NCBI GenBank assembly: GCA_903885865.1
Contig: CAISKH010000570.1
Coordinates: 1 to 39,525, forward strand
Length of the DNA: 39,525 nt
DNA from: an uncultured Mucilaginibacter sp.
GTDB taxonomy: Bacteria; Bacteroidota; Bacteroidia; Sphingobacteriales; Sphingobacteriaceae
Direction: 5' to 3'
Shown: piece by piece, positions 37,729 through 39,525 of the stretch
Layout of the letters: each line of letters starts with the position of its first letter
Numbering within the stretch: position 1 is the first letter of the stretch
Made by a program: the position numbers and the translations under genes
The notes under the pieces: model-generated
What the model saw: only the letters and a program-made list of their open reading frames with translations
What the model was told of the DNA's origin: nothing
Databases searched by the model: none

Positions 37729-38824
37729 AAATAAACACTATAGTAACATCCGCGCAACGCTGGCCATTGCGCAGGCAAGTTTCCGTTCTATCATACGCAG
37801 CCCGTCATCGGTGGTATTTACGCTGCTTTTTCCGCTGATATTTATATTGGTGTTCGGGTTTATAAGCGGGGGCGGGGTTATTTCTGTTGATGTGGGCCTG
37901 GCCAAAACCAATGATACTATTAACCCGGTTTACCAGGGATTGAAAAGGGTGGGTGTGATACATTTGATACATACCCAAACAGAGCAGGAGATGAAAACTA
38001 ACCTGCAAAAAGGCACTATTGACGCCATAATGGATATCCAAAAAAATACAGCCCCTCCGTATTATACTGTAAATATTCAGTACAGCAAAGCATCGGGCGA
38101 TAAGGAGAATATTTTGAAATCAGCGTTAAACAATATTTTTTTCCAGATCAATACCCATCTGCCCGGCGCGCCGCCGCCGGTTGCTGTAATAAAAGAGGTA
38201 GCCGTGCAAAGCCGCGAGTATAAAACCATTGATTTTATTTTACCCGGACAACTGGGTTTCGCGTTGTTAAGCACAGGGGTGTTCGGTACCGCGTTTGTGT
38301 TTTTAAGTCTGCGCTTAACGCTGGTTATTAAACGGTTTTTTGCCACACCGGTAAAACGGTACAGCATAGTAGTTGGCGAGGCTATGGCACGCATAACTTT
38401 CGCGCTTATCGGCGCTTTATTTATTATCTCCATTGGGCATCTGGCATTTGGTTTTACGCTGGTGCATGGGTTTGTCACGGTTGTCAATATGCTCATACTC
38501 TCCTTTATTGGGGTGCTCGTTTTTATGGGTTTTGGGTTTACCGTATCGGGTATTGCAAAAAATGAAACTTCGGTGCCGCCTATCGCTAACCTGATCACGC
38601 TGCCGCAGTTTTTGCTGTCGGGTACGTTTTTCTCTATCAATGTGTTCCCGGCATGGCTGCAGCCCATTAGCAGGGCGCTGCCGCTAACTTATTTAAATGA
38701 TGCCATGCGTAAAGTAGCTTTTGAAGGCGCCAGTTTGATGGATGTATCGCACCAGATACTCGTCCTATGCCTTTGGGGCGTGGGGATATATTTTGTGGCG
38801 GTGAAGACGTTTAAGTGGGAGTAA
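37724..38824 (+). CDS. ABC-2 type transporter permease
   Basis: 1+5 TM layout; FILPG, KRFFATP, LSGTFF..FPAWLQ..LPLTY. Confidence 0.93.
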   Translation: MTNKHYSNIRATLAIAQASFRSIIRSPSSVVFTLLFPLIFILVFGFISGGGVISVDVGLAKTNDTINPVYQGLKRVGVIHLIHTQTEQEMKTNLQKGTIDAIMDIQKNTAPPYYTVNIQYSKASGDKENILKSALNNIFFQINTHLPGAPPPVAVIKEVAVQSREYKTIDFILPGQLGFALLSTGVFGTAFVFLSLRLTLVIKRFFATPVKRYSIVVGEAMARITFALIGALFIISIGHLAFGFTLVHGFVTVVNMLILSFIGVLVFMGFGFTVSGIAKNETSVPPIANLITLPQFLLSGTFFSINVFPAWLQPISRALPLTYLNDAMRKVAFEGASLMDVSHQILVLCLWGVGIYFVAVKTFKWE

Positions 38825-38827
38825 GGG

Positions 38828-38878
38828 GATGTGCACCTGCCTGCCGCAGGCAGGGATGTGCGAATATGCAGATGTGTA
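38828..38878 (+). repeat. Octamer array GATGTGCR interrupted by the CCTGCCTGCCGCAGGCAGG palindrome
   Basis: GATGTGCA [38836-38854] GATGTGCG AATATGCA GATGTGTA. Confidence 0.8.
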
Positions 38879-38906
38879 AATTTCAAGATTGTTTAAATTG
38901 ATAAGC

Positions 38907-39525
38907 ATGAGCAAAACATTACGGTATGCTTTAGTTTTCTTGATAATCGCGTTATCATTTCAAATTGCAATATCCAACGCCCAACCTCGCGGCATCCATA
39001 TCAGCTGGAATGGTGCGTCAAAAGCAGAAACATCAACCACAATGGGTATTACCTGGTTAAATGATAATACTGATAATGGGGTAGTTAAATATGGCGCTAA
39101 TGCCGGGAATTTAGATAAATCTATCACCGCGACGGAAGCTTATTCAACAGGCGTTAAAACTTATATCAGCAAGGCTACTTTACAAAGCCTCAAACCGGCT
39201 ACTTATTATTTTTATAAAGTAGGGTCTGAAAAAAATGGGTGGAGCGCAGTGTATAAATTTAAAACTGCCCCGGTTGAGGGGGCTCAATCAAAAATACTCA
39301 TCGGCCTTTGGAGCGATACGCAGAATAATGGCGGCAATTATAACTTTGAGCAAACTGATACCATCATCAAACAATTTGGTAAAAACGCGTACGACTTCAC
39401 CATTCATACCGGCGATATTGTAGAGAATGGCTCGGTTGCCAAAAGCTGGCGCGATTATTTTAATACTGCCCAGCCCGTTAATGCCAGTGCGCCGTTTATG
39501 GCTGTTCCGGGTAATCATGATGTGG
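38907..39525 (+). CDS. Secreted purple-acid-phosphatase-like metallophosphoesterase with FN3-like N-domain, 3'-partial (absent from the ORF track)
   Basis: Manual translation MSKTLRYALVFLIIALSF..QPRGIHISW..LKPATYYFYKVG..WSAVYKFKTAP..SDTQ..HTGDIV..PGNHD, open to the window end. Confidence 0.9.
   Translation, partial: MSKTLRYALVFLIIALSFQIAISNAQPRGIHISWNGASKAETSTTMGITWLNDNTDNGVVKYGANAGNLDKSITATEAYSTGVKTYISKATLQSLKPATYYFYKVGSEKNGWSAVYKFKTAPVEGAQSKILIGLWSDTQNNGGNYNFEQTDTIIKQFGKNAYDFTIHTGDIVENGSVAKSWRDYFNTAQPVNASAPFMAVPGNHDV

Noticed and set aside
25965-38878. CRISPR array
   Set aside because: The repeats are 7-9-bp tandem units or isolated palindromes with no regularly spaced unique spacers, and there are no cas genes.

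Overview
The window is a mosaic. Bases 1-~1150 are a compact, phage-like gene run: a DenV-like pyrimidine-dimer glycosylase, a small membrane protein and a MazG-like NTP pyrophosphohydrolase. This run is fused abruptly into the 3' part of a Bacteroidota outer-membrane beta-barrel gene, and both genes at the join look truncated. The remaining ~38 kb reads as Sphingobacteriaceae (Mucilaginibacter-like) chromosome, inferred from gene content and TAnnTTTG promoters. It holds two tandem uncharacterised secreted GH-like paralogues, a FIST plus hybrid histidine kinase pair, a secreted papain-like plus caspase-like protease operon, cold-shock genes, tdk, the mreB-(four-helix-bundle)-mreC-mreD-mrdA-rodA operon, purH/MFS/purN, yiaK, an MNT-HEPN toxin-antitoxin pair, a RluA-family synthase, panB, carA, an ABC-2 transporter and a partial purple-acid-phosphatase-like gene. 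There are two candidate undescribed systems. (1) An exported protease cascade: both proteases share an identical TRGLKVV peptide and carry [ST]R[GA][LI][DK] sites exactly where activating cleavages would be expected. (2) A family of inverted 7-9-bp tandem arrays: one pair brackets a four-helix-bundle gene inside the mre operon, and others occur 'empty' next to promoter -7 boxes. Several REP-like palindrome families are also present, one nested inside other repeats. All family assignments come from motif recognition, not database searches.
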